Position numbers and translations under genes: made by a program. From the NCBI GenBank assembly GCA_038087875.1, contig CM075978.1, forward strand, positions 24,552,001 to 24,616,000: 64,000 nucleotides of DNA, written 5' to 3'. Origin of the DNA: Malacoraja senta. Lineage: Eukaryota. The notes under the pieces were generated by a model. It was not told the DNA's origin, searched no databases, and saw only the letters and a program-made list of their open reading frames with translations. The number at the start of each line of letters is the position of its first letter. Position 1 is the stretch's first letter. Below are positions 22,437-35,670 of the stretch, piece by piece.

Positions 22437-25400
22437 TGGTGGAGGAGCAAATTATGTGAGATAGGAGAGATTGCGGGGAAATGAATAAGGGAAGTATAGA
22501 GGGGTGTAAAATGAGGGTAGAAGCAATAGGTAGCAAGGTGAAAAGTAAACGTGGCAGGCAGACAAATCCAGGGCAAAAATCAAAAAGGGCCACTTTTCAA
22601 CATAATTGTATAAGGGGTAAGAGCGTTGTAAAAACAAGCCTGAAGGCTTTGTGTCTCAATGCAAGGAGCATTCGTAATAAGGTGGATGAGTTGAATGTGC
22701 AGATAGCTATTAATGATTATGATATAGTTGGGATCACGGAGACATGGCTCCAGGGTGACCAAGGCTGTGAGCTGAACATCCAGGGATATTCAATATTCAG
22801 GAGGGATAGACAGAAAGGAAAAGGAGGTGGGGTAGCGTTGCTGGTTAGAGAGGAGATTAACGCAATGGAAAGGAAGGACATTAGCTTGGAGGATGTGGAA
22901 TCGATATGGGTAGAGCTGCGAAACACTAAGGGGCAGAAAACGCTAGTGGGTGTTGTGTACAGGCCACCTAACAGTAGTAGTGGAGTTGGGGATGGCATCA
23001 AACAGGAAATTAGAAATGCGTGCAACAAAGGTAAAACAGTTATAATGGGTGACTTCAATCTACAATCGAGGAGGAGGAGCCATCTTGGGGAACGGCTGCT
23101 AACCAGCAGCCGTCCGTTAAATTCACTTTTTTTCTTAGTTTTTTAGTTTTTTCTGTCTGTCTGCTGGGGAATTTTGACTTTTCATGTGGGGGGGTAAGGG
23201 GGAAACTATTTTCTAGGTCCCTACCTGGTCGGTGAGGCAGCTTTTTCTCCGGGCTGCCCCGTCGACCCGTCCTTGCGGCCTACCAACGGGCCTGGAGTGG
23301 CGTTTCCTGCCAGGGACTGCCCAGCACCTTCAGCTTCGGTGGCGGCACAGCGCTGGAGCGCTATCGCGGAGCGGGCGATGCCTTGCCTGGGTCGCCACGC
23401 TGGATCGACGCGCTGGAGCTCTGGTGAGCTGTGCCGCCGAGCTCAACACCTCCGGGCTGCGGGGCTGCGGAGAGGAGTGGGCGGCGCCGACTTTAACATC
23501 GGGAGCCTGGGAGCTCCAAACCGGCGCGGCATTGTCGGCTTCGGAAGCCGCGGCCTCCGGTAGGAAATGCGGCTGTTCCAGGTGGCCCAGCCGCTGAGAG
23601 GACTCTCCCGACGCCGCGGCAACAGCACCCGGTGAGAACGGCCAGGAACAGCGGGCCTTCGTAGAGGCAATAGCGGAGGCCTCAATAGGGCTGACTTTGG
23701 GAGAACTGGGGATGGGGACTGGACATTGTGCCTTCCCCCACAGTGGTAACCATTGTGGGGGGATGATTTTTGTATGCTGTGTCTACTTTAGTCTGTGTCC
23801 AAGATGGCGGTCGGAAGGGAGAGTGGACGCTGGCGCGGTTTAGCTGCCGCTGCTCTCTCTTCACATTGTGTTTCTGATTTTTTTTTGTGTGTTTTTGGAT
23901 CGAATTCTGTCTTTAATTTGTGTATTGGTGATGTCTTTATAATTTATTTTACTCCGATTATATGTTTCGTACTTGTTAAACCCTGTAAGGTGTCCTTGAG
24001 ACTTTGGTATAAGGTGCCCATAAATAAAATTTATTATTATTATTATTATTACATATAGATTGGGTGAATCAAATTGGCAGGGTGCTGAGGAAGAGGATTT
24101 CTTGGAATGTATGCGGGATAGTTTTCTAAACCAACATGTAGAGGAACCAACGAGAGAGCAGGCTATTCTAGACTGGGTAATGAGGAAGGGTTAGTTAGCA
24201 GTCTTGTGCGTGGCCCCTTGGGCAAGAGTGACCATAATATGGTTGAGTTCTTCATTAGGATGGAGAGTGACATTGTTAATTCAGAAATAAGGGTTCTGAA
24301 CTTAAAGAAAGGTAACTTTGAGGGTATGAAACGTGAATTGGCCAAGATTGACAGGCAATTGATTCTTAAAGGGTTGACGGTGGATATGCAATGGAAGGCA
24401 TTTAAAGACTGCATGGATGAACTACAACAATTGTTCATCCCAGGTTGGCAAAAGAAAAAATCAGGGAAGGTAGTGTATCCATGGATAACAAGGGAAATCA
24501 GGGATACTATCAAAACAAAAGATGAAGAGTACAAATTAGCCAGAAAAAGCAGCCTACCAGAGGACTGGGAGAAATTCAGAGTCCAACAGAGGAGGACAAA
24601 GGGCTTAATTAGGAAAGGGAAAATAGATTATGAAAGAAAACTGGCAGGGAACATAAAAACTGACTGCAAACTTTTTTATAGATATGTGAAGAGAAAGAGA
24701 TTAGTTAAAACAAATGTAGGTCCCTTGCAGTCAGAAACAGGTGAATTGATCATGGGGAACAAGGACATGGCAGACTAATTGAATAACTACTTTGGTTCTG
24801 TCTTCACTAAGGAAGACAAATAATCTGCCGGAAATAGCAGGGGACCGCGGGTCAAATGAGATGGAGGAACTGAGTGAAATCCAGGTTAGCCGGGAAGTGG
24901 TGCTAGGTAAATTGAATGGATTAAAGGCCGATAAATCCCCAGGGCCAGATAGGCTGCATCCCAGAGTACTTGAGGAAGTAGCCCCAGAAATAGTGGATGC
25001 ATTAGTGATAATTTTTCAAAACTCCTTAGATTCTGGAGTAGTTCCTGAGGATTGGAGGGTAGCTAATGTAACCCCACTTTTTAAAAAGGGAGGGAGAGAG
25101 AAAACGGGGAATTACAGACCAGTTAGTCTAACATCGGTGGTGGGGAAACTGCTAGAGTCAGTTATTAAAGATGGGATAGCAGCACATTTGGAAAGTGGTG
25201 AAATCATTGGACAAAGTCAGCATGGATTTACGAAAGGTAAATCATGTCTGACGAATCTTATAGAATTTTTCGAGGATGTAACTAGTAGAGTGGATAAGGG
25301 AGAACCAGTGGATGTGTTATATCTGGACTTTCAAAAGGCTTTCGACAAGGTCCCACATAAGAGATTAGTATAGAAACTTAAAGCACACGGTATTGGGGGT

Positions 25401-26512
25401 TCAGTATTGATGTGGATAGAGAACTGGCTGGCAAACAGGAAGCAAAGAGTAGGAGTAAACGGGTCCTTTTCAGAATGGCAGGCAGTGACTAGTGGGGTAC
25501 CGCAAGGCTCAGTGCTGGGACCCCAGCTATTTACAATATATATTAATGATTTGGACGAGGGAATTGAATGCAACATCTCCAAGTTTGCGGATGACACGAA
25601 GCTGGGGGGCAGTGTTAGCTGTGAGGAGGATGCTAGGAGGCTGCAAGGTGACTTGGATAGGCTGGGTGAGTGGGCAAATGCATGGCAGATGCAGTATAAT
25701 GTGGATAAATGTGAGGTTATCCACTTTGGGGGCAAAACCAGGAAAGTAGACTATTTTCTAAATGGTGGCCGATTAGGAAAAGGGGAGATGCAACGAGACC
25801 TGGGTGTCATGGTACACCAGTCATTGAAAGTAGGCATGCAGGTGCAACAGGCAGTGAAGAAAGCGAATGGTATGTTAGCATTCCTAGCAAAAGGATTTGA
25901 GTATAGGAGCAGGGAGGTTCTACTGCAGTTGTACAGGGTCTTGGTGAGACCACACCTGGAGTATTGCGTACAGTTTTGATCTCCAAATCTGAGGAAAGAC
26001 ATTCTTGCCATAGAGGGAGTACAGAGAAGGTTCACCAGACTGGTTCCTGGGATGTCAGGACTTTCATATGAAGAAAGACTGGATAGACTTGGCTTGTACT
26101 CGCTAGAATTTAGAAGATTGAGGGGGGATCTTATAGAAACTTACAAAATTCTTAAGGGTTTCGACAGGCTAGATGCAGGAAGATTGTTCCTGATGTTGGG
26201 GAAGTCCAGGACAAGGGGTCACAATTTAAGGATAAAGGGGAAATCCTTTAGGACCGAGATGAGAAAAACATTTTTCACACAGAGAGTGGTGAATCTCTGG
26301 AACTCTCTGCCACAGATGGTAGTTGAGGCCAGTTCATTGGCTATATTTAAGAGGGAGTTGGATGTGGCCCTTGTGGCTAAAGGGATCAGGGGGTATGGAG
26401 AGAAGGCAGGTACAGGGTACTGAGTTGGATGATCAGCCATGATCATATTGAATGACGGTGAAGGGCCGAATGGTCTACTCCTGCACCTATTTTCTATGTT
26501 TCTATGTTTCTA
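22437..26512 (+). mobile_element. 5'-truncated CR1 LINE (APE endonuclease + RT, stops/frameshifts), interrupted at 23065-24049
   Basis: CLNARSIRNK, GITETW, MGDFN, YLDFQKAFDKV, PQGSVLGP and KFADDTK motifs; (TTTCTATG)n tail. Confidence 0.96.
23065..24049 (+). mobile_element. GC-rich non-autonomous retroelement with L2-like tail, inserted in the CR1 endonuclease region
   Basis: Splits the CR1 sequence ...TTCAATCTACA|TATAGATTGGG with a ~4-nt duplication (TACA). Ends TGTAAGGTGTCCTTGAG...AAATAAAAT(TTA)n. Confidence 0.8.
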
Positions 26513-26559
26513 TCTTAATGGTATTTTCTGAGAGCCAACATGAATTTGATGGACCAACT

Positions 26560-27350
26560 CGCCAACGTAGAAATGTGGAGCACAAGAACAGGCCCTTCGG
26601 CCCACCATGTCTGTGTGGAACAAGACTATCTTTTAACTATCTGCGCATAATCCATATTGCTCCGTTCCCTGCATATCCATTTGCCTATCCAAAAGTCTGT
26701 TAAATACCACTATCGTATCTGCCTCAAACACCAACTCAGGCAGTAGGTTCCAGGCACTCGCCACCCCCTTTTTTTTTAAAGTTGCCCTACGCGTTTTCTT
26801 TAAACTTTGCCCCTCTCACCTTAAAACTAGGCCCGCTAGTATTAAATTTTTCCAAACTATGGAAAAAGGGTTTGACTGTCTACCCTATCGCTCACAATTT
26901 TTTATGTTTGTATCAAGTCTCCCCGCAATCTTCGGCATTCCAGAGGAAAAAAATCTAAGTCTGTCCAACCTCTCTATGTAGCTAATAACCCCTGACCCAG
27001 ACCACACTCTGGTAAACCACCACTGCACTCTTTCCAAAGCCTACATATTGTTCCAGTAATGAGATGACCAGAACTGCACAGAATGTTCCAAATGTGGCCA
27101 ATAACCTATGAAGCTGCATTCTGACATACTCAATGCTCCAACCTATGAAGGTAAGCATACCATATGCCTCATTTACCACATTATCTACTTGGGTTGCTAC
27201 TTTCAGGGAGCTATTGACTTGGACCCTATGATCCCGCTGTACATTAATGCCATTGTATATTTTACCCCTTACATTTGACCTCCCAATGTGCAACACCTCG
27301 GACTTGGTTGGATCAAATTCCATCTGCCATTGCTCCACCCATTTCTGTAG
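26560..27350 (-). mobile_element. Older CR1-family 3' fragment
   Basis: Degenerate WQMEF...VLHIGRSN motif and CR1 3'UTR. Similar old fragments at ~1950-2480, 6226-6690, 9650-10410, 28140-28630, 58203-58600 and 63450-64000. Confidence 0.75.
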
Positions 27351-27468
27351 CTGACCTTCTTTTGAAGATATGCAAATGCACCTCTTAAGTTAAATGGCTT
27401 GTTTGCTGGTCACTAAACCATTCAATGAAATAACAAAACAACATTTGACTTACATTTTATTTTCACAG

Positions 27469-27640
27469 GTTTGCCATTGATGTCTGCGCCGGCCATGATA
27501 CTGCTTTTCATTTTAATGTTCGTTTTAAGGAGGAGGACTATCAGCAAGCTATTGTCCGAAATAGCAAAGTCAATAATGTTTGGGGTCCAGAAGAAAGGGC
27601 TATACCAAACTTTCCATTCAAGAAAGGAGAAAAATTTGAG
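27469..27640 (+). CDS. LGALS3: Galectin-3 CRD exon 2, sugar-binding (FAIDVCAGHDTAFHFNVRFKEEDYQQAIVRNSKVNNVWGPEERAIPNFPFKKGEKFE)
   Basis: ttcacAG acceptor and GTAAGT donor; phase 2/0; intact galectin signature H-x-N-x-R...V-x-N...WG-x-E-E-R. Confidence 0.95.
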
Positions 27641-28635
27641 GTAAGTACATTGTTTGCCTGTATTTTCCTCTTTAATGAGTTGCCATAATTTTTTATATCT
27701 GTCCAAAATGAGGATACCTGGTTTAATGTTAAAAATATATTTATTTTAACTAATTTTAAAAAATAGTAAAAATCATTTGGTGCTTGGAACATGTAAAGTT
27801 CCAGGCTCAAGGGTCCATGTCATCCTGGGCAAAATTGGTCATCACTTTCCTGGGTCGATGCATAATTGCTATATTTTTTGGTATATATTTGATACTTCAC
27901 TGAGACTTTAATATATTTTTCTACTGATTAATGCAGTTTTATCACAGCTGTATGGTATGTTCTCTGTAGTTTCTTGAGAGACCTGTATGGTGAAGCGAGT
28001 CTTAATGAGCTGTGATAATGTCTCAGTTTTGCAAACACACCACACACCCCCATTCTGCTCTGATAGCATTCTAATAGCTCATTTCTGTAGAAAGATCTAT
28101 CAGCGTCGCTAAATATCTCTGATGATCTGGCATTTGGAGTAACAGAGTAGTACAACATGGAAATAGGCCTTTCGTCCCAACTTGTCCATGCCAACCTAGA
28201 TGCCATGCCCACTTAAACTAGTCCCATGTGCCTGTTTCTATTCCATATTCCTCTAAATCTTTCTTATCTATGTACTTGTCCAGATATTTTTTATATATTG
28301 GTATTGTATCTACCTCAACCAGTTTCTCTGACAGCTCATTCCATGCGTGTACCTTCCTCTGTGTGAAGAAGTTTCCCCTTGAGTTTCTTTTTAAATATTT
28401 TCCCCCTATCACCTTAAACCTATGCCCTTGATTTCTGATTCCCCTTCCCTGGGGAAAAGATTGCATTTACCTTATATGTGCCCCTCATGAATTTATATGC
28501 CTCTAAAATGATCACCCCCATGATAAGCTCTAAGGAATAACGTTCTAGTTTGCTCAACCTTTCCATATAACTCAGGCACTCAAGTTCTGGCAACATTCCC
28601 ATGAATCCTCTTTGCACTTTTTCCTGCTTCATAAC

Positions 28636-29250
28636 TTGCGCGAGGCTTCGGAGGCTCAATCCAGCGCTAAATGCAGCTCAACTCTGCCTGTCTCGCCGGA
28701 TTAACCTACAAGCCCTGACTGGACTGACGGGATACCAGCGCTGCTTCTCCGCGCTGGCCATATTTCCCGCAAGCCCAGGCAGGTTAACCTGGTGGGACAG
28801 GCAGAGTTGAGCTGGGTTTAGCGCTGCTTCTCTGCGCTGGCTGTGGGCCTGGGGGTACCGCGACCGTCTGACTCTCGACCTCTCTGGCCACCCATGGGGG
28901 GGGGGGGCACTCGGGACAGCGCCGGAGAGCCGGCCGGGATTGATCCTGGCTGCGGATGAGGCGCAGGTCTGTGCCACATCTCTCACCTCCAATCACCGCA
29001 CTCTATCCTCCGTCCCACCACCCCCCCCCCCCCAATCATCGCGCTGAATCATCATGTCCCACCCCCATTGCCTGCTAACCGACGTCTCTATCGTCCAATC
29101 GGCGCCCTCGATCAGCAGTCCCACCCCCACTGTCTCGCGGAAAGCGGAGATTTTAAAATCCGGATGACAAAAGCTTGGGGGGATGTCCCCCACCTCTCAA
29201 AACATGGGGGGGACGTGTCTCCTCTGGCCCCCCTCGGGTTTTCCCCCCTG
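28636..29250. mobile_element. One-ended GC-rich hAT-like insert inside an old CR1 fragment
   Basis: Right end GGGGGACGTGTC...CCCCCCTG is hAT-like; CR1 sequence resumes afterwards; no matching left TIR seen. Confidence 0.5.
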
Positions 29251-32200
29251 CTCTGAGCAACCCCACCAACATCTTGTCCAACTACAACATAATGTCCTAA
29301 CTCCTAAACTCAATGCCCTGACTTATAAAGGCCAGCATGCCAAATGCTGCTATCTCCAACCTTTGACATCTTAGCTTCACTTAACTTTGTAAGAAGACCT
29401 ACAAATCCATCATTAAGGCTGCTCAAGACACACCAGTTATGTGTTAAAGCTGAGGGAACAGAATGTGCATCCAGCTGCTTGGCACAGTAGAATTAGGAAC
29501 TGCTACTGAACTAGGAGTTATGTCGAAGGATAATACAGAGATCCTATATACCAATTCAAGATTCAAGAGATTCAAGAGACATTTATTGTCACATGCACCA
29601 ATTGGTACAGTGAAATTTGTGGTCACCATACAGCCATACGAATAAAAAAGAACACAGTACACGATAGACTTTAACATAAATATCCCCACACAGCAGAATC
29701 AAAGTTTCCCACTGAGGGAAGGCACCAAAGTTCAGTCATCCTCCTCTTTGTTGTTCACCCGTGGTCGGGGCCTCCTGAGCCAATTTCTCACCTGCATCAC
29801 ATTTTGCACTTCCATACCTGTGCAATACAGACTGTAAGACTGAATGAGGCATACATACTCATTGCAGCCAGTCGGCAAGTCAGTAATTTCCCCACAGAAG
29901 TATCGGATCAAATCTTGTCCAATGGGTAAATAGTTGACTCCAGAGAGAAGCTCAAAAGGTGGTACCTATGTGATTGCCCGGACACATTAAATACAATGAA
30001 ATGGTTGTTTCTTCTCTGTTTACCTGTTTTAAAATGCACAGAAAAAGGTTATTAAACTAATCTTTCAGTTGATACATCTGCAATGCACAGACCTCTGCCA
30101 TAAAGCTGTTTGGATGCAAAAGGGAGAGTGTACTTGTACTTAACATCTGCCAGAAAAATGTAGAACAGATAAATTGTGACATGAGCAAGAAATGCTAATT
30201 TAATATTAGAGCAAACATTTTGAAGCAGCCTGATCTAGCTGAAATCCTGTATGTACAACAGAGCTGAACATGTGCTAAACAGCATGAAGGCCTTATCCCA
30301 CCCTTGGTAGATCAAGGGACCTTCAACTCAAGATTAGTTGCTGAATTATTCTGATTGCTGCTGCAATTCTGTTCATTGTTGTTGCTGTCCAGAGTTATTT
30401 AAGATAAGTAGATTTGCAAGAAGTGGTGGCACAGATGAGAACTATTTTTCTTTTGCCAACTGTAGGGGTTTTGCACAACAGTTGCCTCTGGAATAACGAC
30501 ATTAGGAGTCCATTGCTTTTTATACAACAAGCTGAAGCAAATGAACGGAGGCTGCTCATGATAGGACAGGCTACTGGAAGATAGAGGAAAGATTTTTGGA
30601 AAAGTGTAGCAATATTTCAATCTCAGCATCAGTGATAACTAGTTAAGATGGCTGCATTCAACCAAAATTAAACAGTGAAAGCTGCTGTCACAACATCAAC
30701 CTCAGATGCCAATAACAATAACTTTGGCTAGGAATTCGGAAATGTTTTGCTCTTCAGGGGCAGATGCAGCTTTATCATCTGGAAATGTTTAAAGGCAATC
30801 ACTGATGCTTTTAGTCCATTTCATCTTCAACTAGATGCAATGCTGTCATGCAATTGCTGGGCATTTAGAGAAAAGCAGAACAAGCACAATGGGTTGTAAA
30901 GTAACCTACATGAAGTCTAAAAGCCTTGTCACTGTTCAGTTTAATCATACCATTTATTTTCCTGGCTAGCCTCCCATTTTCTGTCTCCTGCAAATATGTC
31001 TTCTGATAGTGATGTCCTACTATCCACCCCTCTCCCCACAGTCTCCTTCCACTCTGTCCCTCTCCCTCAGGCTTTACATTTCACTGCTCTTATCTGACAC
31101 CCTTTTCATCATCAGCTTTTGTCACATACTGCACCAATCTGCCAATCACACCCCGCAACTTTATCCACCGATCACTTGCCAGGCTTTGACCCACCCTCAT
31201 CTCTTTTCCAGCTATTACCCCCTCCCCCCCCAACTGCAATCAGTCTGAACAACCATCTCCACCCAAAACATTGCATATCAATTCCTTCCACAGATGCTGC
31301 CTGACCTGCTGAGTTCTTCCAGCACTTTATTTTCGCTCAAGATTGCAGCACCTGCAGTTCCTTATGTCTTCTTTGATACTTTGCGGTCCATTCCCTAACC
31401 TGCATCATGCACCCAAATCTCCTGTCTTTGCAGATCTATACTGATTCCAGATTAAGGAACACCTTAATAATGAAGCTGTAGTCCTTATTTTCAAATCCTT
31501 CCATAACTCAAATTTCCTCCAGTTATGCAGCCTTCAGTTATTTGCAGTCCTACAATTTTGGCCTTTTGAGCCCTAATTTTAAATTGGTCTTCCATTCAGC
31601 CTCAAGTTTCAGAGCTCTTCATAGCTGAATTCCACTACTAAACAGCTTCGCTTCTACTTTAAATACTCTAAACATTCTTTAGATTATCTTAAATATCTCC
31701 TTGCGTGGCTCAGTATGAAATTTTTGATTTTGCTCCGATGAAGCATCTTGCATATTTATTTCACTGCAGACCCATGTTGTTGCATTTGGTTACATAAGTG
31801 TGGCATGATACCTGCCTGACACTGAATGGGCATTGAATAATAGTACATCGTGATCCCACCCATTTTTGGGTGTCCATTCAATTTTCCAGCATCGCACAGA
31901 GATCTCACATTAATTAGGTGAAATCAAAATGTTGGTCAAAATCTTGACAAATGGGCAATGTTGACAAAAACTTGGAGCTACCTTATACTATATCCTTGAC
32001 TTACTCTATCATATGCCAAAGTTAGTGCACGTTTGCACCTGGTTTATCTCCATTTTGTACTAATGAAGCATTCCCTTAAAGTTAAACCAGATTTCTGCCT
32101 AGCATGTTAACAAAGCCTATCGCTGCAATCACCTCTTGCTCAAAGAAGATAGATTCCCACTTTTGGATGCATCAAGCTCCAACAATCTCATGCACTATAA

Positions 32201-32811
32201 GTACCATTCCATCCATATCCACGTTGAGCTTTTTGTCATGAACACCAATTCCATTTGCCAGTAATAGGTCTGCATCCTTCTGTACCTTGACTATTCAGGT
32301 GCCTGTTGAAAATATCTTCTTGCTCTGTTTGTTTGATGCTTAACTTCTGATTGCCTTTAGCAAATCACTCAGCCATGTTAAACCACTGCATTTGAAGCTT
32401 AGGATCAGTTTTAATGCAGAATTAGGATGGTCAATAAATATTAAGGTTAAGATTGAAAGTGTTGGTTGTGGGAGGGTGTATCGTCTTGGGTGTCTCCTCC
32501 CGATTACTTTGCAAATGTATGTCTGGCTGTGTGATGAGGAATGGATATTGGGAAAGCAGTTCAAAAATCAAACTAGTGGAGGTTAATGACAGTACAGAAG
32601 ATATAATTTGGAACTTTGGAATATTTGTTAGCTTCACCAGTTTCCAGTTAAATTTCTTAGTTGTGCTCATCTGGCCACACAATAGTAAAGGGGCATGGCA
32701 AAGGGGAGTGAATTGAAAAATGTGCTGGAGAAAGAACAATTTTTTTCAGTATATGCATGGAAATGATGTCTAGATTACTGAGTAATGTTAATACGGTCCA
32801 AAATGTATACA

Positions 32812-33518
32812 ATAGACAATAAGTGCAGGAGGAGCCAGCACCGCCATTCAATGTGATCATGGCTGATCACACCCTATCTATACTCCGTTCCAGCCTTCTC
32901 CCCATATCCCCTGACTTCGCTACCTTATTCGCCTTATCTAGCTCTCTCTTGAAAGTATCCAGAGAACCGGCCTCCACTGTCCTCTGAGGCAGAGAATTCC
33001 ACAGACTCACAACTCTCTGTGTGAAAAAGTGTTTTCTAGTCTCCGTTCTAAATGGCTTACCTCTTATTCATGAACTGTGGTGCCTGGTTCTGGACTCCCT
33101 CAGCATTGGGAACATGTTTCCTGCCTCTAGCATGTCCAAACCCTTAATAATCTTATGTTTCAATAAGATTTCCTCTCATCCTACTAAACTCCAGAGTATA
33201 CAAGCCCAGCCGCTCCATTCTCTCAGCATATGACAGTCCCGCCATCCCGGTAATTAACCTTGTAAACCTACGCTGCACTCCCTCAATAGCAAGAATGTTC
33301 TTCCTCAAATTAGGAGACCAAAACTGCACACAATACTCCAGGTGTGGTCTCACTAGGGCCGTATACAACTGCAGAAGGACCTCCTTGATCCAATATTAAA
33401 CTCCGCACGTTATTAAGGTCAACATGCCATTCGCTTTCTTCACTGCCTGCTGTACCTGCATGCTTACTTTCATTGACTGACGAACAAGGACCCCCAGATC
33501 GTGTTATACTTCCCCTTT
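32812..33518 (-). mobile_element. CR1 3' fragment running into an assembly gap
   Basis: RPHLEYCVQFWSP motif and CR1 3'UTR. Confidence 0.9.
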
Positions 33519-33718
33519 NNNNNNNNNNNNNNNNNNNNNNNNNNNNNNNNNNNNNNNNNNNNNNNNNNNNNNNNNNNNNNNNNNNNNNNNNNNNNNNNNN
33601 NNNNNNNNNNNNNNNNNNNNNNNNNNNNNNNNNNNNNNNNNNNNNNNNNNNNNNNNNNNNNNNNNNNNNNNNNNNNNNNNNNNNNNNNNNNNNNNNNNNN
33701 NNNNNNNNNNNNNNNNNN
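33519..33718. other. Assembly gap (200 N, true size unknown)
   Basis: Run of N; the CR1 on the left does not continue on the right. Confidence 1.
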
Positions 33719-33949
33719 TATTTCACATTTCTGGCTGGTGTTAAAAAGGATGAGATCTGCAACAAGTTTCAATTGTAGTTTTCTGCTAGCTTCAAATATT
33801 TCTCTTCGCAGTTTTATATTTCTCCTCAATTATTCTTCACTGATTTAACTCTTCTAAGAAAAATTAAAATATTATTTTATTTACATTTCTGTTTCATCAC
33901 TGAACATTACTATACAATCAAGGCAATCCAATTTTAGCAAAGGAGTAGC

Positions 33950-35670
33950 CAGTGGCAGACCTACAATTTTGGGGACCTGAAGCTTGAACTGTAATGGGGG
34001 CCCCTTCACAACCAGCAGCGAGGTTTGGGTAACCACTGTTATCTTCTTCAATGGGGTTGTTCCATGACAGATCACCACAAATTTTAATTTCTGTCATAAA
34101 TGTTAATAGTGTTTTAAATTGTTTATAATTATTTTATATTAAATATATTTAGAATGAAACATCCTTAATTTGAAAGTTGTACGGCTAGCCTACATGATAC
34201 TTTAATAACTCTTTAATTTTTATTTTAACTATTGAATTACACTATTATTAAAATATTTTTTAAACCTTTCTCATATAAACCCAAATTTTTTAAGCATTGT
34301 GGACTAAGCATGATATTCACCTCCAGAAAAAAAGTAGGAGGTATTGGCCGGGGGTCCAGGAGGCTGGGTAGGCCCCCGGTAAATTGAAAGTGATTCTCAA
34401 GCTTTCTGCTGGTAGTTCACATAACAGAAGCTTATAATTTTTCTAACACATAAGCAGCAAAATAACCCCAAAAGATATATATTTCATGAAATAGACAATA
34501 GGTGCAGGAGTATGCCATTCGGCCCTTCGAGCCAGCACCGCCATTCACTGTGATCATCCACAATCAGTACCCCATTCCTGCCTTCTCCCCATATCCCTTG
34601 ACTCTGCTATCTTTAAGAGCTCTACCTATCTCTCTCTCTTGAAAGCCTCCAGAGAATTGGCCTCCACTGCCTTCTGTGGCAGAGAATTCCACAGATTCAC
34701 AACTGTGAAAAAGTATTTCCGCATCTCCGTTCTAAATGGCCTACCCCTTATTCTTAAACTGTGGCCCCTGGTTTGGACTCTCCCAGCATGGAAACATGTC
34801 CAAACCCTTAATAATCTTATATGTTTCACTAAATGGTCTCATACCGCTAAAAAAATCTTTACAAAAAATGTTTTTGTAAATGTGTCTTTGCCTACCACTG
34901 AGATGAGAAAAAACTTTTTCACCCAGTCGTGAAATCGTGAATTTGTGGAATCCTCTGCCGTGGTCTTGTTACCTTCAGCAGCACCACGGTCTCCCTTACT
35001 GAGCTCAGACACCCACTTCTCCGCACCTGCGCTCACTTCTCCTCCCCTACACACCTACACCTCGACGATACCTCACTACCAAACTTCTCATACCTAAACC
35101 TCGCCTCGACTAAACCGTACCTCACTAAACCTCGCCCCTCAAATAAACCTCCCACCTCACGACTAAACTCCACCACACACCTAATCCGTGCCTCGATGAA
35201 TAGCCGCCTCTCCGCCGCTCCCGCTATTTATAGCCCCCCCCGGCCGTTGGCGGCGCCTCACGTGAACGGATCACGGGTGGGCCTAGAGCGGAGCGGGCGC
35301 ATTGCCCGAGAGAACAAGTGGGAGGGGAGGGACGCACGCGCGCTATCGTTGACGTCGAGCCCCACCCCCAGCCTGCGGTGGCCGCAGCCCCTCCCCGCAG
35401 GAGCGGGTGAGAGGCGGGGATTATGTGTAGGGTGGGAGGTTTAGTCGAGGCGAGGTTTAGTGAGTTGAGGTTTAAGTATGAGGTGAAGTTTAGTCGAGGC
35501 AAGAGGTTTAGTCGAGTTGAAAAATCTGATTAATTTCTAGGAAAAACAAAAAAATCGGAATTCCGATTTAAATCGGAAGAATATCTGGACTAAAGTCGCT
35601 TCTGGGGCCCTTCTGGGATTAGGGGCCCTGAAGCTTAAGCTTCATTAGTTTCACAGTAGATCCGACCCTG
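33950..35670. mobile_element. Non-autonomous hAT element with a nested CR1 fragment (34488-34830)
   Basis: Imperfect TIRs CAGTGGCAGACCTAC / CAGGGTCGGATCTAC; 8-bp TSD GGAGTAGC/GGGGTAGC; subterminal GGGG(C/A)CCTGAAGCTT motifs. Confidence 0.85.

Noticed and set aside
30069-30143. Candidate last LGALS3 exon (ttcAG|LIHLQCTDLCHKAVW...)
   Set aside because: Too short (stop after 24 codons) and lacks the VN..H...HR motif of the final galectin exon.
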